Assembly (NCBI GenBank): GCA_965230925.1
Contig: OZ246403.1
Coordinates: 202,455 to 266,454 of the forward strand
Direction: 5' to 3'
Source of the DNA: an uncultured Candidatus Saccharibacteria bacterium
GTDB lineage: Bacteria > Patescibacteriota > Minisyncoccia > Phycocordibacterales > JACOZG01
Length of the DNA: 64,000 bases
Under the pieces are notes generated by a model. It saw nothing but the letters and a program-made list of their open reading frames with translations, did not search any database and was not told the DNA's origin. A program made the position numbers and the translations under genes. The stretch's first letter is position 1. Each line of letters opens with the position of its first letter. Below, piece after piece: positions 47,133 through 58,038 of this stretch.

Positions 47133-48812
47133 TTAATTAAGTTTACTAAGTCTCGCGGAGATATCCTGGCATTTCTGAAGCAATTTTTCAAGCTGGGCAC
47201 TGTTCGGCGTCCCCTCCGCAAGCTTAAGTTCTGCTAAAGTTTGCGCGAGTGATTCGCGCCAGAATTCTCGCTCGAACTCTTGCGCGAGCTCAGCAAGCGC
47301 TGGTTCAAGCTTCACCTTTCCATAACTAATCTCAGTCTGGAGAAGTAACTCCTCACGGCGCGGCGCGAGCTTCTTCTCCCATTCGGGAAAACTCGTTTCA
47401 CCAAGCGCGGCCGGAACTGGAAGTTTGCTCAAAGCCAAGACTCCTATCAACCGTTCGGCAATTTTTTCGAGACGGGAAGAAACTGCCGGAGAAATAGCGG
47501 GATTTGGTTTTTGAATTTGTCGTTCAGGGGAAATAGTTTTTGTGGCAGCAAGGTCAGCGGTAATTGTTTCTTCTCGCAAATTAGTTCGCTCGGCAATTTT
47601 TTTAATAAAATGAGCTTGGTCGAGACGATTCACCAACTTCGCTAAATACGGATAAACTTCGGTCTGAACCAGCTTGGCAAAAGCGCGTGGCTCAGCGTTT
47701 CTTCCGAGCACCTCGAGCAGAAAATCAATCACGTGCTTCGTGTTCTTCGTCGCCGCGAGCCACTTACTTGGATCTTCTTTCACCAGATCCGCTGGATCAA
47801 CTCCTTCCGGCAATTCCGCCACCCGCACTTCAAAGCCGAGTTCAAGCGCCATCTCAATACCACGCTTAGCCGCCCGAAATCCGGCCAAGTCACCGTCAAA
47901 AGCCATTACCAAATTAGTCGTGAGACGCTTCAAGAGTTGCAAATGAAATTCAGTGAGAGCCGTACCGGAAACCGCCACCGTGTACGGCAACCCGGCCTGA
48001 TGAGAAAGAACAAGATCAAGTTGCCCTTCTACCAAAATAACCTGATCGGCCCGACGCATTTCCACCTTCGCCTTGTCGTAACCATAAAGAATTTTCGATT
48101 TGCTATAAAGCGGCGTTTCTGGACTATTCACGTACTTGCCCATATTTTCCGGCGGATTGGGACCAAAAACGCGACCAGAAAAACCAACCACTCGACCAGA
48201 AATATCCGAGAGTGGGAACATGATGCGCTCGCGGAAACGGTCATAAGGACTCACCTCGCGGGCATTCCCCTTCTCGGGCTTGATGGCGAGACCTGCTTGG
48301 AGCATTAAGCTATCAGAGAATCCGTTCTGGCGGAGATGTTGATACAAATTACGCCAGCCGGCGGGCGCAAAGCCAATTCGCCACGCGGTAATTGATTCTT
48401 TACTCACTCCCCGACTGAGCAAATAGGCAATCGCCTCCTGATTTTCTTCAAGCGACTGAACATAAAAGCGCGTCGCCCGCTCCAACACCTCATAGAGTCG
48501 TTCTTTCTCCGAGAGGGCTTGGCGATCAACAGGCGCGAGGTCGACGCCGGCGCGCAAAGCCAATTGCTTCAGCGCGCCTACAAAATCGAGCCCTTCAATT
48601 TCTTCTACGAAGCTGAAGATGTCTCCGCCGCGCGCGCAACCAAAACAATGATAATTTTGCCGCGCGGGCGAGACAAAGAACGACGGCGTTTTCTCATTAT
48701 GAAAGGGGCAGCGCGCTTTCCAATTCGCGCCCGCTTTCTCGAGCTTCAGATAACTGCCAATAACATCCGTGATCGAGAGCCGGGATTTAATTTGCTCCAC
48801 CGGCGCGGACAT
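47133..48812 (-). CDS. dnaG: DNA primase DnaG
   Basis: CPFHNEKTPSF...HCFGCARGGD zinc finger; TOPRIM VILVEGQLD / DGDLAG. Confidence 0.9.
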   Translation of the reverse strand: MSAPVEQIKSRLSITDVIGSYLKLEKAGANWKARCPFHNEKTPSFFVSPARQNYHCFGCARGGDIFSFVEEIEGLDFVGALKQLALRAGVDLAPVDRQALSEKERLYEVLERATRFYVQSLEENQEAIAYLLSRGVSKESITAWRIGFAPAGWRNLYQHLRQNGFSDSLMLQAGLAIKPEKGNAREVSPYDRFRERIMFPLSDISGRVVGFSGRVFGPNPPENMGKYVNSPETPLYSKSKILYGYDKAKVEMRRADQVILVEGQLDLVLSHQAGLPYTVAVSGTALTEFHLQLLKRLTTNLVMAFDGDLAGFRAAKRGIEMALELGFEVRVAELPEGVDPADLVKEDPSKWLAATKNTKHVIDFLLEVLGRNAEPRAFAKLVQTEVYPYLAKLVNRLDQAHFIKKIAERTNLREETITADLAATKTISPERQIQKPNPAISPAVSSRLEKIAERLIGVLALSKLPVPAALGETSFPEWEKKLAPRREELLLQTEISYGKVKLEPALAELAQEFEREFWRESLAQTLAELKLAEGTPNSAQLEKLLQKCQDISARLSKLN

Positions 48813-48815
48813 AAG

Positions 48816-51800
48816 TTAGGAGACGGGGCCAGAATCAGTCTCTGGATTATAGTCTGGGACGAGGCCGGTACCAGCTGGAATGAGGCGACCGATAATCACG
48901 TTCTCTTTAAGACCGCGGAGTTTGTCGAGACCGCCCTTAATCGCGGTACGAATGAGCACCTTAGTGGCCTGTTGGAAGGAAACTGCCGCGAGGAAGCTGG
49001 AAGTATTGAGCGAGACTTCGGAAATACCAAGCAGTAAAATATCACCCACCGCTTCCTCACCACTCTTTTTCTTCACCTCCGTATTGGCCTCAATGAGTTC
49101 CACGTTTTCAATAACTTCTCCAGCTTCAAATGGAGTATTACCACCATTCTTCACGAGGCGTCGTGAGAACATTTGGCGGATAATGAGTTCCAAATGCTTG
49201 CGTGAAATCGAGGCGCTCTGGAGTTCGTAAATATTATTGATCGCACTAATGATATATTCTTCCACCGCTTGCTTGCCGGCATACTTGAAGAGTTCTTGAA
49301 GATTCACTGGACCATCAGAGAGCACTTGACCACGCTTCACTTCATCACCTTTCTTCACAAGCACGGTGCGGAAGTTCGACAAGCTATATTCCTCTTCAGC
49401 CCCGGTCTTACTACCAGCCTTAGCGTCGGCCAGAATTTTCACCAAAATTTCTTTATCACCCGCCACAATGTCGGTCACCGTCCCATCAAATTCAGAAACA
49501 AGGGCTGGATTCTTGGGTGCGCGACGCTCGAAAACTTCTTCTACGCGAGGCAAACCACCGACGATATCGCCACCAATATCCACACCACCCGAGTGCTTTG
49601 TTCTCATCGTCAGCTGAGTTCCCGGCTCACCAATAGCTTGGGCGGCCACAATACCCACCGCTTCTCCGTGCTTCACCAGAGCGCCGCGACCAGGATCAGT
49701 CCCGTAACACATCGTGCAAACACCATAAGGCGCTTGGCAACAGAGCACACTACGGATCAGCACTTCGGTCACACCTTCATTTTCGATCTGTCGTGCTTCA
49801 TCACGAGTCAGCAAGTGGCCTTTCTTAAAGAGAGTTTTGCCGGCTGCACTCTTCACATCCTTGGCGAGTACGCGACCCTTAATGATGTTCGCGAGACTAG
49901 GATCAAAGGTTGAGGTGTGTGCCTTGGTGATCAAACGACCTTCTGCATCACCGCAATCGTCCATGGTAATGACCACTTCTTGCGCCACGTTCACAAGGCG
50001 TTGAGTAAGATAACCAGCCTTCGCCGTATTGAGCGCCGTGTCGGTGAGTGTTTTACGCGAACCGTGAGTGGTAATGAAGTATTCAATCGGCGAAAGACCT
50101 TCCTTATACGACGGAATGATCGGGAAATCGAGCGAGCGACCCGACACGCTAACCACTAGACCTTTCATGCCTGACATCTGAGAAATCTGCGCAATGGAAC
50201 CGCGAGCGCCTGAGGCCAAAAGATAGTTGAGCGAACTCTCACCGGTAAGGGTTGAAGGCAATAGCTTCTCGATCTTCGTCTTGGCACCAGCCCAAATTTC
50301 AATCGTTAGACGATACTTCTCATCCTTCGAGAGCAAACCTTCTTGGAAGTGTCCGTCTACCACCGCCGCTTCAGCGCGCGCGGCTTCAATAACTTCAGCC
50401 TTACCAGTCGGTACCATCACTTCATCGTGACCCCAGGTTACACCCGAGCGAGTCGCATAGTAGAAACCAAAGTCCTTAACTTTATCGAGCACCTTGTAAA
50501 TATTTTCCGTACCGTGAAGCGTAATGAGGTCATCCACAATTCGATTAAGCTCGCGACCATTCACTTCTTGATTGATGTAAGGGAAATCTTCTGGCAATTT
50601 AGCATTGAAGAGCAAGCGGCCCACCGAAGTTTCAAACATCCCTTCAGGAATATTTTTATACTTCTCACCTTCCCCACGCATCACTTTAATTTTGGCGCGA
50701 AGATCAATAATGCCGAAATCACAAGCGGTTACCGCGTCATTGAGACTGCTAAAACTTTTTCCTTCACCAGTTGCGCCCTCAAGAATCTTAGTTACCCAGT
50801 AAACACCGAGCACAATATCGAGCTTGGGATTCACAATTGGATTACCATTACCTGGCTTCAAGATATTGCGGTCAGCAGAGAGAAGTTCTGCGGCCTCTTT
50901 TTGCGCGGCGCCACTAAGCGGCAAGTGTACCGCCATTTGGTCACCGTCGAAGTCAGCATTGAAAGCCGAACAAACAAGCGGGTGAACCTGAATCGCATTA
51001 CCTTCAATCAAAATCGGGCGGAAGGCTTGAATACCGAGTCGGTGCAAAGTCGGCGCCCGGTTAAGAAGCACATGCTTATCTTTAATCACATTCTCAAGAA
51101 TTTCCCACACCTCCGGCACCTGATCATCAATGAGGCGACCGGCTCCACGGATATTGAAGGCCAGTTCATCCCTCAAAATTTTTGAGATCACAAAGGGTCG
51201 GAAGAGCTCGAGTGCCATATGCTTGGGCAGACCACATTCATTGAGCGCGAGATCCGGACCCACCACGATTACCGAGCGGCCCGAGTAGTCCACGCGCTTA
51301 CCAAGAAGGTTCTGACGGAAACGACCTTGCTTACCTTTCAAGTTATCAGACAAGGACTTAAGCGGTCGGCGTTGCGCTTGACCCACTACGCCCGAGCTCG
51401 TGGAACGGCGGATTGAATTATCGATAAGGGCATCCACGGCTTCTTGGAGAATACGCTTCTCATTGCGCAAAATAACTTCCGGCGCATTGAGTTCTTTGAG
51501 TTTCTTGAGACGATTATTACGGTTAATTACCCGGCGATACAAGTCATTAGCGTCTGAAGTGGCGTGGCGACCACCTTCAAGCGAGACCATTGGGCGGAGA
51601 TCAGGCGGAATCACGGGAATCGCGTCGAGGAACATCCATTCAGGCCGAATCCCCGACTTAATCATGGCGCGAAGTACATTGGCGCGCTTCTGAATTTTAA
51701 CGCGTTCCACCGGTCGCGCGGTCTCCAAATCAGTTTCCACCTGCTTCAAGAGTTGAGCAAGATCAAGATTTTTGAAAATATTATAAATCGCCTCCGCTCC

Positions 51801-52451
51801 AATCTCCGCCTCGAAGACTGAACCATATTTCATCGACAAGCGATGATAATTTAATTCATCAAGTACTTGCCAAGCCGAAAGTGACGAGAGAGCTTTCTTC
51901 GAAGCGAGGGCCAACTCTTTCAACTTCTCCTTACTCCGCTCATCTTGAAGCGACTTCACTCGCGACTTGTATTCATTATCAATCTCCTTAAGCATCTTCG
52001 CCTTCTCGACTTCATTTACCTTAGTGATGATGTAACCGGCGAAGTAAATTACTTTCTCGAGATCAGGAATCGAGAGATTAAGCATGAGACCAATCCGGCT
52101 CGGCACGCCGCGGAGGAACCAGATATGCGCCACCGGGCTAGCAAGATCAATATGACCCATGCGCTCACGACGAACAATCGAGCGCGTCACCTCCACACCA
52201 CAACGCTCACAGATAATATCCTTGTAGCGGATCCGACGATATTTCCCACAGTAACACTCATAATCCTTCTCGGGGCCGAAAATTCGCTCGTCGAAGAGAC
52301 CGCCGCGCTCCGAGCGCCCGGTGCGATAATTAATTGTTTCCGCCTTCGTTACCTCGCCATAAGACCATTCTCGAATCCGCTCTGGGCTTGCAAGCTTGAG
52401 CGTAATAGCATTGAAGTCGACTTGCTCGGAAAATTGTTTTTCTTGATTCAT
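48816..52451 (-). CDS. rpoC: DNA-directed RNA polymerase beta' subunit
   Basis: [12 protein letters not shown] catalytic loop; CGVEVT zinc finger; 1211 aa. Confidence 0.95.
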   Translation of the reverse strand: MNQEKQFSEQVDFNAITLKLASPERIREWSYGEVTKAETINYRTGRSERGGLFDERIFGPEKDYECYCGKYRRIRYKDIICERCGVEVTRSIVRRERMGHIDLASPVAHIWFLRGVPSRIGLMLNLSIPDLEKVIYFAGYIITKVNEVEKAKMLKEIDNEYKSRVKSLQDERSKEKLKELALASKKALSSLSAWQVLDELNYHRLSMKYGSVFEAEIGAEAIYNIFKNLDLAQLLKQVETDLETARPVERVKIQKRANVLRAMIKSGIRPEWMFLDAIPVIPPDLRPMVSLEGGRHATSDANDLYRRVINRNNRLKKLKELNAPEVILRNEKRILQEAVDALIDNSIRRSTSSGVVGQAQRRPLKSLSDNLKGKQGRFRQNLLGKRVDYSGRSVIVVGPDLALNECGLPKHMALELFRPFVISKILRDELAFNIRGAGRLIDDQVPEVWEILENVIKDKHVLLNRAPTLHRLGIQAFRPILIEGNAIQVHPLVCSAFNADFDGDQMAVHLPLSGAAQKEAAELLSADRNILKPGNGNPIVNPKLDIVLGVYWVTKILEGATGEGKSFSSLNDAVTACDFGIIDLRAKIKVMRGEGEKYKNIPEGMFETSVGRLLFNAKLPEDFPYINQEVNGRELNRIVDDLITLHGTENIYKVLDKVKDFGFYYATRSGVTWGHDEVMVPTGKAEVIEAARAEAAVVDGHFQEGLLSKDEKYRLTIEIWAGAKTKIEKLLPSTLTGESSLNYLLASGARGSIAQISQMSGMKGLVVSVSGRSLDFPIIPSYKEGLSPIEYFITTHGSRKTLTDTALNTAKAGYLTQRLVNVAQEVVITMDDCGDAEGRLITKAHTSTFDPSLANIIKGRVLAKDVKSAAGKTLFKKGHLLTRDEARQIENEGVTEVLIRSVLCCQAPYGVCTMCYGTDPGRGALVKHGEAVGIVAAQAIGEPGTQLTMRTKHSGGVDIGGDIVGGLPRVEEVFERRAPKNPALVSEFDGTVTDIVAGDKEILVKILADAKAGSKTGAEEEYSLSNFRTVLVKKGDEVKRGQVLSDGPVNLQELFKYAGKQAVEEYIISAINNIYELQSASISRKHLELIIRQMFSRRLVKNGGNTPFEAGEVIENVELIEANTEVKKKSGEEAVGDILLLGISEVSLNTSSFLAAVSFQQATKVLIRTAIKGGLDKLRGLKENVIIGRLIPAGTGLVPDYNPETDSGPVS

Positions 52452-52456
52452 GATGA

Positions 52457-55400
52457 TTAATTAATTTTCTTGAGTTCGACATCGAGAGCGAGACCGCGAA
52501 GTTCGTTCAACATCACTTTAAATGACGCCGGCAAATTGGGCGGTTTAATCGGCTCACCTTTAATAATTGAATCGAAGGCTTGCGACCGGCCGGTAATATC
52601 ATCAGACTTAATAGTCAACATTTCGCGCAAGGTGTAAGCCGCGCCATAACCCTCCAGCGCCCACACTTCCATTTCTCCAAAGCGCTGGCCACCACGTTGA
52701 GCCTTACCACCGAGTGGCTGCTGGGTAATGAGTGAGTACGGACCAATCGAGCGCATGTGGATCTTGTCTTCCACCATGTGGTCGAGCTTGATCATATACA
52801 TGTAACCAATGGCGATCGGCTGACCGAAGATCTCACCCGTTTTACCATCATAAAGATCGACTTTACCGGACTCAGGAAAACCAGATTTCACCAACTCTTC
52901 ACCAATCTCTTGATTGGTTACACCCACGAAAGGAGGCGTAATGGCTTGGTAACCAAGAGTGTGAGCCGCGAGACCAAGGTGCATTTCAAAAATCTGACCC
53001 AAGTTCATACGACTTGGCACACCAAGTGGGGTGAGAATAATATCGATCGGTGTTCCATCGGCCGCATACGGCATATCTTCTTCAGGAAGAATCCGCGCAA
53101 TAACACCTTTGTTTCCGTGGCGACCACAGAGTTTGTCGCCCACCGAGATATTGCGGAGCTCCGCCACTTCCACGTGAATACGCTTATTAATCCCACTTTC
53201 GAGCTTGTCTCCGCGCTCACGAGAAAAGACTTTCACCCGCACCACCTTCCCTTTCTTACCGTTCGGGACGCGCTTCGAGCTGTCTTTCACGTCGCGAGAT
53301 TTCTCACCGAAGATCGAGCGCAAGAGTCGCTCTTCTGGTGTAAGCTCGGTCTCACCCTTCGGCGTAATCTTACCGACTAGAATGTCATTTGGGTTTACTT
53401 CAGCACCAATCCGCACCACGCCTTCTTCATCCAAATTCTTGAGCTTGGCCTCACCGACATTTGGAATATCAGGCGTTGTGACCTCCGGCCCTAGCTTGGT
53501 GTCACGAACATTGGCCTTAAATTCTTCAATATGAACACTAGAGAAAATGTGGTTCCGAACAAGACGCTCAGAAATAATAATCGCGTCTTCGTAGTTGGCC
53601 CCACCCCAAGGCATGAAGGCCACCAAAGCGTTTTGCCCCAGCGCCAATTCCCCCTCCACACTCGACGTAGTATCCGCGAGCAATTGCCCTTTCTTGACCT
53701 TATCATTCAAACTCACAATCGGCCGCTGATGAAGAATCGTGTTGTCATTGGTCTTCATGAAGTTCACCATTTCATAGGTTTCTTCTTCATTATCTCGATC
53801 GTTTTTGATCTTAATCACCTGACCGTCAACATAAGACACGGTTCCGGCGCTCTTGGCCAAAATTACGCGACCCGAGTCGTGAACCACTTGAGACTCAACA
53901 CCGGTCGCTACAAGTGGCGCTTCCGGCTTAATGCATGGAATCGCCTGCTTCTGCATGTTTGAACCCATCAAAGCGCGGTTGGCATCATCGTGCTCAAGGA
54001 AAGGAATGAGTGAAGTCGCAATGGAATAGGCCTGATATGGCGCAACGTCGATAAAGTCCACCTTCTCGCGCGCCACCACCGTAGGCTTACCCGCCGAGCG
54101 CACTTCCACCTCAGCATCAACCAAGCGATTATTCTCATCGTAGCGCACACTACCGTGAGCAATATTATATTTCTCTTCATCAAGAGCATTTAAGTAAACG
54201 AGTTCATTGGTGATCGTTCCCTTTTCCACTTTTCGATACGGCGTTTCCATCAAGCCAAATTGATTCACGCGAACATAATTGGCCGATTGCAAAATGAGAC
54301 CGATGTTTGGACCTTCTGGGGTATGAATGGGGCAAATGCGACCATAGTGCGAGGGGTGCACGTCGCGGACCTCAAGACCAGAACGTTTACGAGTAAGACC
54401 ACCTGGTCCGAGCGCCGAGAGACGGCGCAAGTGTTCCACCTCCGCCAGAATATTTTTCTGACTCATAAATTGCGACAGCTGGTTGGTGGTAAAGAACTCT
54501 TTCAATCGCGCTTGGAGTGGTCGAGGTGAAATGAGTTGAATTGGCAAAGTCGTATTAGTGTCTACCGTCGACATCCGATCTTGAATATTACGCTTCATCT
54601 GCACGAGACCGAGGCGCAAACGCTGCTGAAGCATTTCTCCCACCGAGCGTACGCGGCGCAAACCGAGGTGATCAATATCGTCAGCCACGGCATCCTTGGT
54701 GTTATTGAGCACCGCAATTTGGGAGACAATAGAGACCAAGTCATTGAGCGCAAGCGTCCGACCCTCTTCACCAGAACCTTCTACCGTAGAGCGACGATCA
54801 AGTCGCAAGCGGCCAACGGTCGAGAGGTCGTAGCGCGCGCGGGAGAAAAGATTGACCACATACTCGCGAGCTAGAGCGGCGTTGGCAAGGTCCGAGTCAC
54901 GCAAACGCTTATAAATTTCTAAATAAGAATCGTCCACCGACTTGGCGTGATCCTTGGCAAAACTGTTTTTCATATACGCGAGAGCAGCCGGATTCTCTTC
55001 AAAAAGCTTCAACAACTCTTCATCAGAGAGCGGCGTTCCGGCGAGGTCAGCAAACACCCGCAAGAGAGAAGAGATCGGGAACTTGCGCTTGCGATCAATG
55101 CGCACATTAATCACTTCGTCAGAATCCATCTCGAGTTCCACCCAAGCACCAATCGCCGGAATAATCTTGGCACCAAAGTAGCGCTTGCTCCGCACTTCCG
55201 TCTCGGCAAAGAAGACGCCAAAGCTCCGCGCGAGTTGCGGCACCACCACGCGCTCATTACCATTGACCACGAAGGTACCGTGCGCCGTCATAAGCGGAAA
55301 ATCAGCGAGGAAAATTTCTTGCTCCTTACTTTCCTTGAGAACCTTGTTCGTTAAACGAACCACCACTTTCAGCGGAGCGTCGTAAGAGAGTTGGTTCGAC

Positions 55401-55627
55401 GCCGCATGATACTCATTGAACTTCGGTTCCTCAATCTGGAACTTCAAGAATTCAAGATCAAACTTTTTTTCCGAATAGTCCTTGATCGGACTAAATTCTT
55501 TAAACACTTCTGCCAAACCATCCTTCACCAGCCAGGCATAGGACTCCTTCTGCGTCGCGATGATATCGGGCATCTCAACCAATGGCTCACGATACTTCGA
55601 AAAATACTTCTTGGGAGGATTAACCAT
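52457..55627 (-). CDS. rpoB: DNA-directed RNA polymerase beta subunit (compact, 1056 aa)
   Basis: GGQRFGEMEVWALEGYGAAYTLREMLTIKSDD and NMQKQAIP motifs. Confidence 0.95.
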   Translation of the reverse strand: MVNPPKKYFSKYREPLVEMPDIIATQKESYAWLVKDGLAEVFKEFSPIKDYSEKKFDLEFLKFQIEEPKFNEYHAASNQLSYDAPLKVVVRLTNKVLKESKEQEIFLADFPLMTAHGTFVVNGNERVVVPQLARSFGVFFAETEVRSKRYFGAKIIPAIGAWVELEMDSDEVINVRIDRKRKFPISSLLRVFADLAGTPLSDEELLKLFEENPAALAYMKNSFAKDHAKSVDDSYLEIYKRLRDSDLANAALAREYVVNLFSRARYDLSTVGRLRLDRRSTVEGSGEEGRTLALNDLVSIVSQIAVLNNTKDAVADDIDHLGLRRVRSVGEMLQQRLRLGLVQMKRNIQDRMSTVDTNTTLPIQLISPRPLQARLKEFFTTNQLSQFMSQKNILAEVEHLRRLSALGPGGLTRKRSGLEVRDVHPSHYGRICPIHTPEGPNIGLILQSANYVRVNQFGLMETPYRKVEKGTITNELVYLNALDEEKYNIAHGSVRYDENNRLVDAEVEVRSAGKPTVVAREKVDFIDVAPYQAYSIATSLIPFLEHDDANRALMGSNMQKQAIPCIKPEAPLVATGVESQVVHDSGRVILAKSAGTVSYVDGQVIKIKNDRDNEEETYEMVNFMKTNDNTILHQRPIVSLNDKVKKGQLLADTTSSVEGELALGQNALVAFMPWGGANYEDAIIISERLVRNHIFSSVHIEEFKANVRDTKLGPEVTTPDIPNVGEAKLKNLDEEGVVRIGAEVNPNDILVGKITPKGETELTPEERLLRSIFGEKSRDVKDSSKRVPNGKKGKVVRVKVFSRERGDKLESGINKRIHVEVAELRNISVGDKLCGRHGNKGVIARILPEEDMPYAADGTPIDIILTPLGVPSRMNLGQIFEMHLGLAAHTLGYQAITPPFVGVTNQEIGEELVKSGFPESGKVDLYDGKTGEIFGQPIAIGYMYMIKLDHMVEDKIHMRSIGPYSLITQQPLGGKAQRGGQRFGEMEVWALEGYGAAYTLREMLTIKSDDITGRSQAFDSIIKGEPIKPPNLPASFKVMLNELRGLALDVELKKIN

Positions 55628-55771
55628 AGTGTTGAAAAAGAAAAAATTAACCGCCCCCGGCTAAGGGGTCTGGTTATTAATTTTTAAACTTAATAATAAT
55701 GAAACAAGGTCGTAGCGCTCTCCCCGTTGACGCCGTCAACCATAACTCAATCACGTAGTCAAGTAAGGGTG

Positions 55772-55799
55772 ATTATACCCAGCCGCAAATTCTTGTCAA
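55772..55799 (-). promoter_or_regulatory. Consensus sigma-70 promoter for rpoB (-35 TTGACA, 16-nt spacer, -10 TATAAT)
   Basis: Reverse complement of 55772-55799 reads TTGACAAGAATTTGCGGCTGGGTATAAT; ~138-nt leader contains 15-bp palindrome GTTGACGcCGTCAAC at 55726-55740. Confidence 0.6.
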
Positions 55800-55802
55800 A
55801 CT

Positions 55803-56477
55803 TTAGTTATCCCCAAGCGGCCGATTTGCCCGACCAGCGCGCCACTCATCAATTTTGCCATGATGGCCGGAAAGGAGCACTTTGGGTACGCGGTAATTTT
55901 TACCCTTATGTTTCAACACTTCTGGGCGGGTATAAACTTCGCTTGAAGCGATGCGATTTTCTTCTACTGATTCAAACTTGCCGAGAACACCGGGGATTTG
56001 GCGCGCCACCGCTTCAAGAATTACCAACGCCGGCAACTCCCCACCCGAGAGCACATAGGGACCAATCGAAATTTCTTCGGCCTTCAAAACTTTTTTCACC
56101 CGCGCATCAATCCCCTCATAGCGTCCGGCGATCAACACAATGTCTTGTTTACTCTTCGCTAATTTCTGCGCCAATTTATTATCAAACTGCTTCCCTGCTG
56201 GAGAGAGAACGTAAATCTTCGGCTTCCCGTTAATCTTCTCTATTGTTTTTAAAATCGGCTCGGCCTCAAGCACCATCCCCGGACCACCACCGTAAGGCTT
56301 GCCGTCCACGGTGCGCCGCCCGCTTGGTTCCGGCTTCACTAAGTCTCGAGGATTCCAAAATTTAACCGTAATTAACCCGCGCTCCAGAGCGCGGGCAATT
56401 ACTGATTCTCCGAGATAGCCCGTAAAAGCTTCTGGGAAAATCGAAACTAAATGGAAATGCTTAGCCTTTGAGGTCAC
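55803..56477 (-). CDS. trmD: tRNA (guanine37-N1)-methyltransferase
   Basis: SIFPEAF, KPYGGGPGMV, IAGRYEGIDARV TrmD motifs. Confidence 0.9.
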   Translation of the reverse strand: MTSKAKHFHLVSIFPEAFTGYLGESVIARALERGLITVKFWNPRDLVKPEPSGRRTVDGKPYGGGPGMVLEAEPILKTIEKINGKPKIYVLSPAGKQFDNKLAQKLAKSKQDIVLIAGRYEGIDARVKKVLKAEEISIGPYVLSGGELPALVILEAVARQIPGVLGKFESVEENRIASSEVYTRPEVLKHKGKNYRVPKVLLSGHHGKIDEWRAGRANRPLGDN

Positions 56478-56784
56478 GCATTACATCCTCTACCGAGGCA
56501 TCCGCGGCGACCTGATTCATCCGAGTGCTACCGGCGGGTTCATTAATCTTAAGGTTAACCCGGGCATTGTTCTTCATCCCCACCACTCGAAGTAAGGTTC
56601 TGATTGCCTTGGCGGTGTTGCCTTGGCGACCAATGATCTTGCCCATATCGGCAGGATTCACATCGAGCGTGAGCAGAACTCCCATCTCATCTACTTTCCG
56701 ATCAACTTTAATGTCGTTCGGATTATCGACAAGCGATCGCACTACGACCTCTAGAAATTCTTGATCTAAATTCTTTTCTGCCAT
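56461..56784 (-). CDS. KH-domain RNA-binding protein (YlqC-like)
   Basis: GKIIGRQGNTAKAIRTLL KH GxxG loop; conserved position between rpsP and trmD. Confidence 0.75.
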   Translation of the reverse strand: MAEKNLDQEFLEVVVRSLVDNPNDIKVDRKVDEMGVLLTLDVNPADMGKIIGRQGNTAKAIRTLLRVVGMKNNARVNLKINEPAGSTRMNQVAADASVEDVMRDLKG

Positions 56785-56854
56785 TATCGTGTTTATCTTC
56801 CTGATCTAGCTGGTAATTCGACCAGACAAAATAATTGTAACGAAAAAATATTCT

Positions 56855-57232
56855 TCAAGCAACCGCAGGTTCAGCAACTTTTTCTTCTGCGGCGGGAGTA
56901 GGTTCGGCAGCTGGAGCTTCAGCAGGAGCTGACTCAGCAGCCTTAGGAGCCTCGGCCGTCGGCTTACGCTTCGGCAACACATTCACCTTCTTGCCTTCAA
57001 CAATCTTTTTATCCACAAGTAAGTTGCGGACTGTGCCGGTGGGTTGCGCTCCAACCGAAATCCAATACTTAATCCGGTCAGCATTCAATTGCACCGGGGC
57101 CTTGCGCGCATCGTAGTGACCAACAACTTCTAAGAATTTACCACTTTTGGTGCTGTTCTCAGAATCAGTAATAACAACCCGAAAGCTCGGATCATGTTTG
57201 CGCCCCACCCGTTGTAATCTAATCTTTAACAT
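56855..57232 (-). CDS. rpsP: 30S ribosomal protein S16 with Ala/Glu/Pro-rich C-terminal tail
   Basis: ATG at 57232: MLKIRLQRVGRKHDPSFRVV; promoter -35 TTGACT (57266-57271) / -10 TAGTAT (57244-57249), about 5-nt leader. Confidence 0.85.
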   Translation of the reverse strand: MLKIRLQRVGRKHDPSFRVVITDSENSTKSGKFLEVVGHYDARKAPVQLNADRIKYWISVGAQPTGTVRNLLVDKKIVEGKKVNVLPKRKPTAEAPKAAESAPAEAPAAEPTPAAEEKVAEPAVA

Positions 57233-57260
57233 TTGTGCTCGAAATACTAGCAAAGGAGGT

Positions 57261-57302
57261 CAAAAAGTCAAATGATAAGGGCGGGTCACAAGTGACCCGC
57301 CC
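57261..57302 (-). terminator. Rho-independent terminator (11-bp perfect GC-rich stem) ending a minus-strand transcript from the rpsP-rnr spacer
   Basis: GGGCGGGTCACaaGTGACCCGCCC at 57279-57302; in minus sense followed by TTATCATTTGACTTTTT. Confidence 0.6.
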
Positions 57303-57321
57303 AACGCCAGGAAAAAACTTA

Positions 57322-58038
57322 TTACACCCGAGCCCAACACCGCGGATGCCATCTGTTGGTTATTGCATCGGGAACAAAACCCAGAGTCACTGCACTGCTC
57401 GAACAAAAGAGCCCCAAGTCCTTGGCAGACTGGTCTTCCCGGGAACCTAGGATTCTAAGCACTGGATTGTTCTCTTTCAGGAAAAAATCACACCTGAGAT
57501 TGGCGCAAAGGGTTATTGCCTCAATCACCGTTAGAGAACTCTCTCTTCGCTTGTTCATGTTTCTTCTGATCTTAAGGGATGCCTCAGAGGCACACTCCTT
57601 TCCCAGTTTAACCCCCACAAGCCAGTAAGGATGCTCCGGGGTCGCCACCAAATCGACGAGATGTTCTAGGTTAACGAGAGACCTTCCCGTACGCCCGTCT
57701 TTCACCAGAACTAAAGTCTTGAGTTGCTGATCCAGAGACCTTATTCTGGCCGGAACCACGGGTAAGAAGCAAACGCCTTCACTCGGCCGAAAATCAAACC
57801 GAGAAAAACACGTTAGCACTTCACCTTTTTTGCTTTCGAGGATTTCCAGCGCCGACGGGAGAGTAGTAAAGCGCCGCCGAAACCAGCGAACCTGTTCATC
57901 AAACAAATTTTCCAGTTCAGAATCTTGCTGACTTGGACCCCTCCTCTCTATTTCGATTGTTGAGATCAATCGCGAGCTTTCAAAGTGGACACCACCAACA
58001 GCTCGGCGTCGACGACTCCAGTAATGGTTTTGGCTCAT
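57322..58038 (-). CDS. Hypothetical Arg-rich protein; coding status uncertain
   Basis: Track ORF (279 aa) starts with TTG at 58161 overlapping the rnr start; first ATG with GAGG RBS is at 58038 (MSQNHYWSRRRR...); no family recognised. Confidence 0.25.
   Translation of the reverse strand: MSQNHYWSRRRRAVGGVHFESSRLISTIEIERRGPSQQDSELENLFDEQVRWFRRRFTTLPSALEILESKKGEVLTCFSRFDFRPSEGVCFLPVVPARIRSLDQQLKTLVLVKDGRTGRSLVNLEHLVDLVATPEHPYWLVGVKLGKECASEASLKIRRNMNKRRESSLTVIEAITLCANLRCDFFLKENNPVLRILGSREDQSAKDLGLFCSSSAVTLGFVPDAITNRWHPRCWARV

Noticed and set aside
49269-55687. Numerous plus-strand ORFs (up to 280 aa)
   Set aside because: Antisense to rpoC and rpoB; typical shadow ORFs of long, conserved genes.
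57268-57291. 7-codon ORF (MIRAGHK) preceded by AAAGGAGGT
   Set aside because: Too short. The GGAGG-like run is part of the rpsP promoter/terminator context and the hairpin starts inside it.
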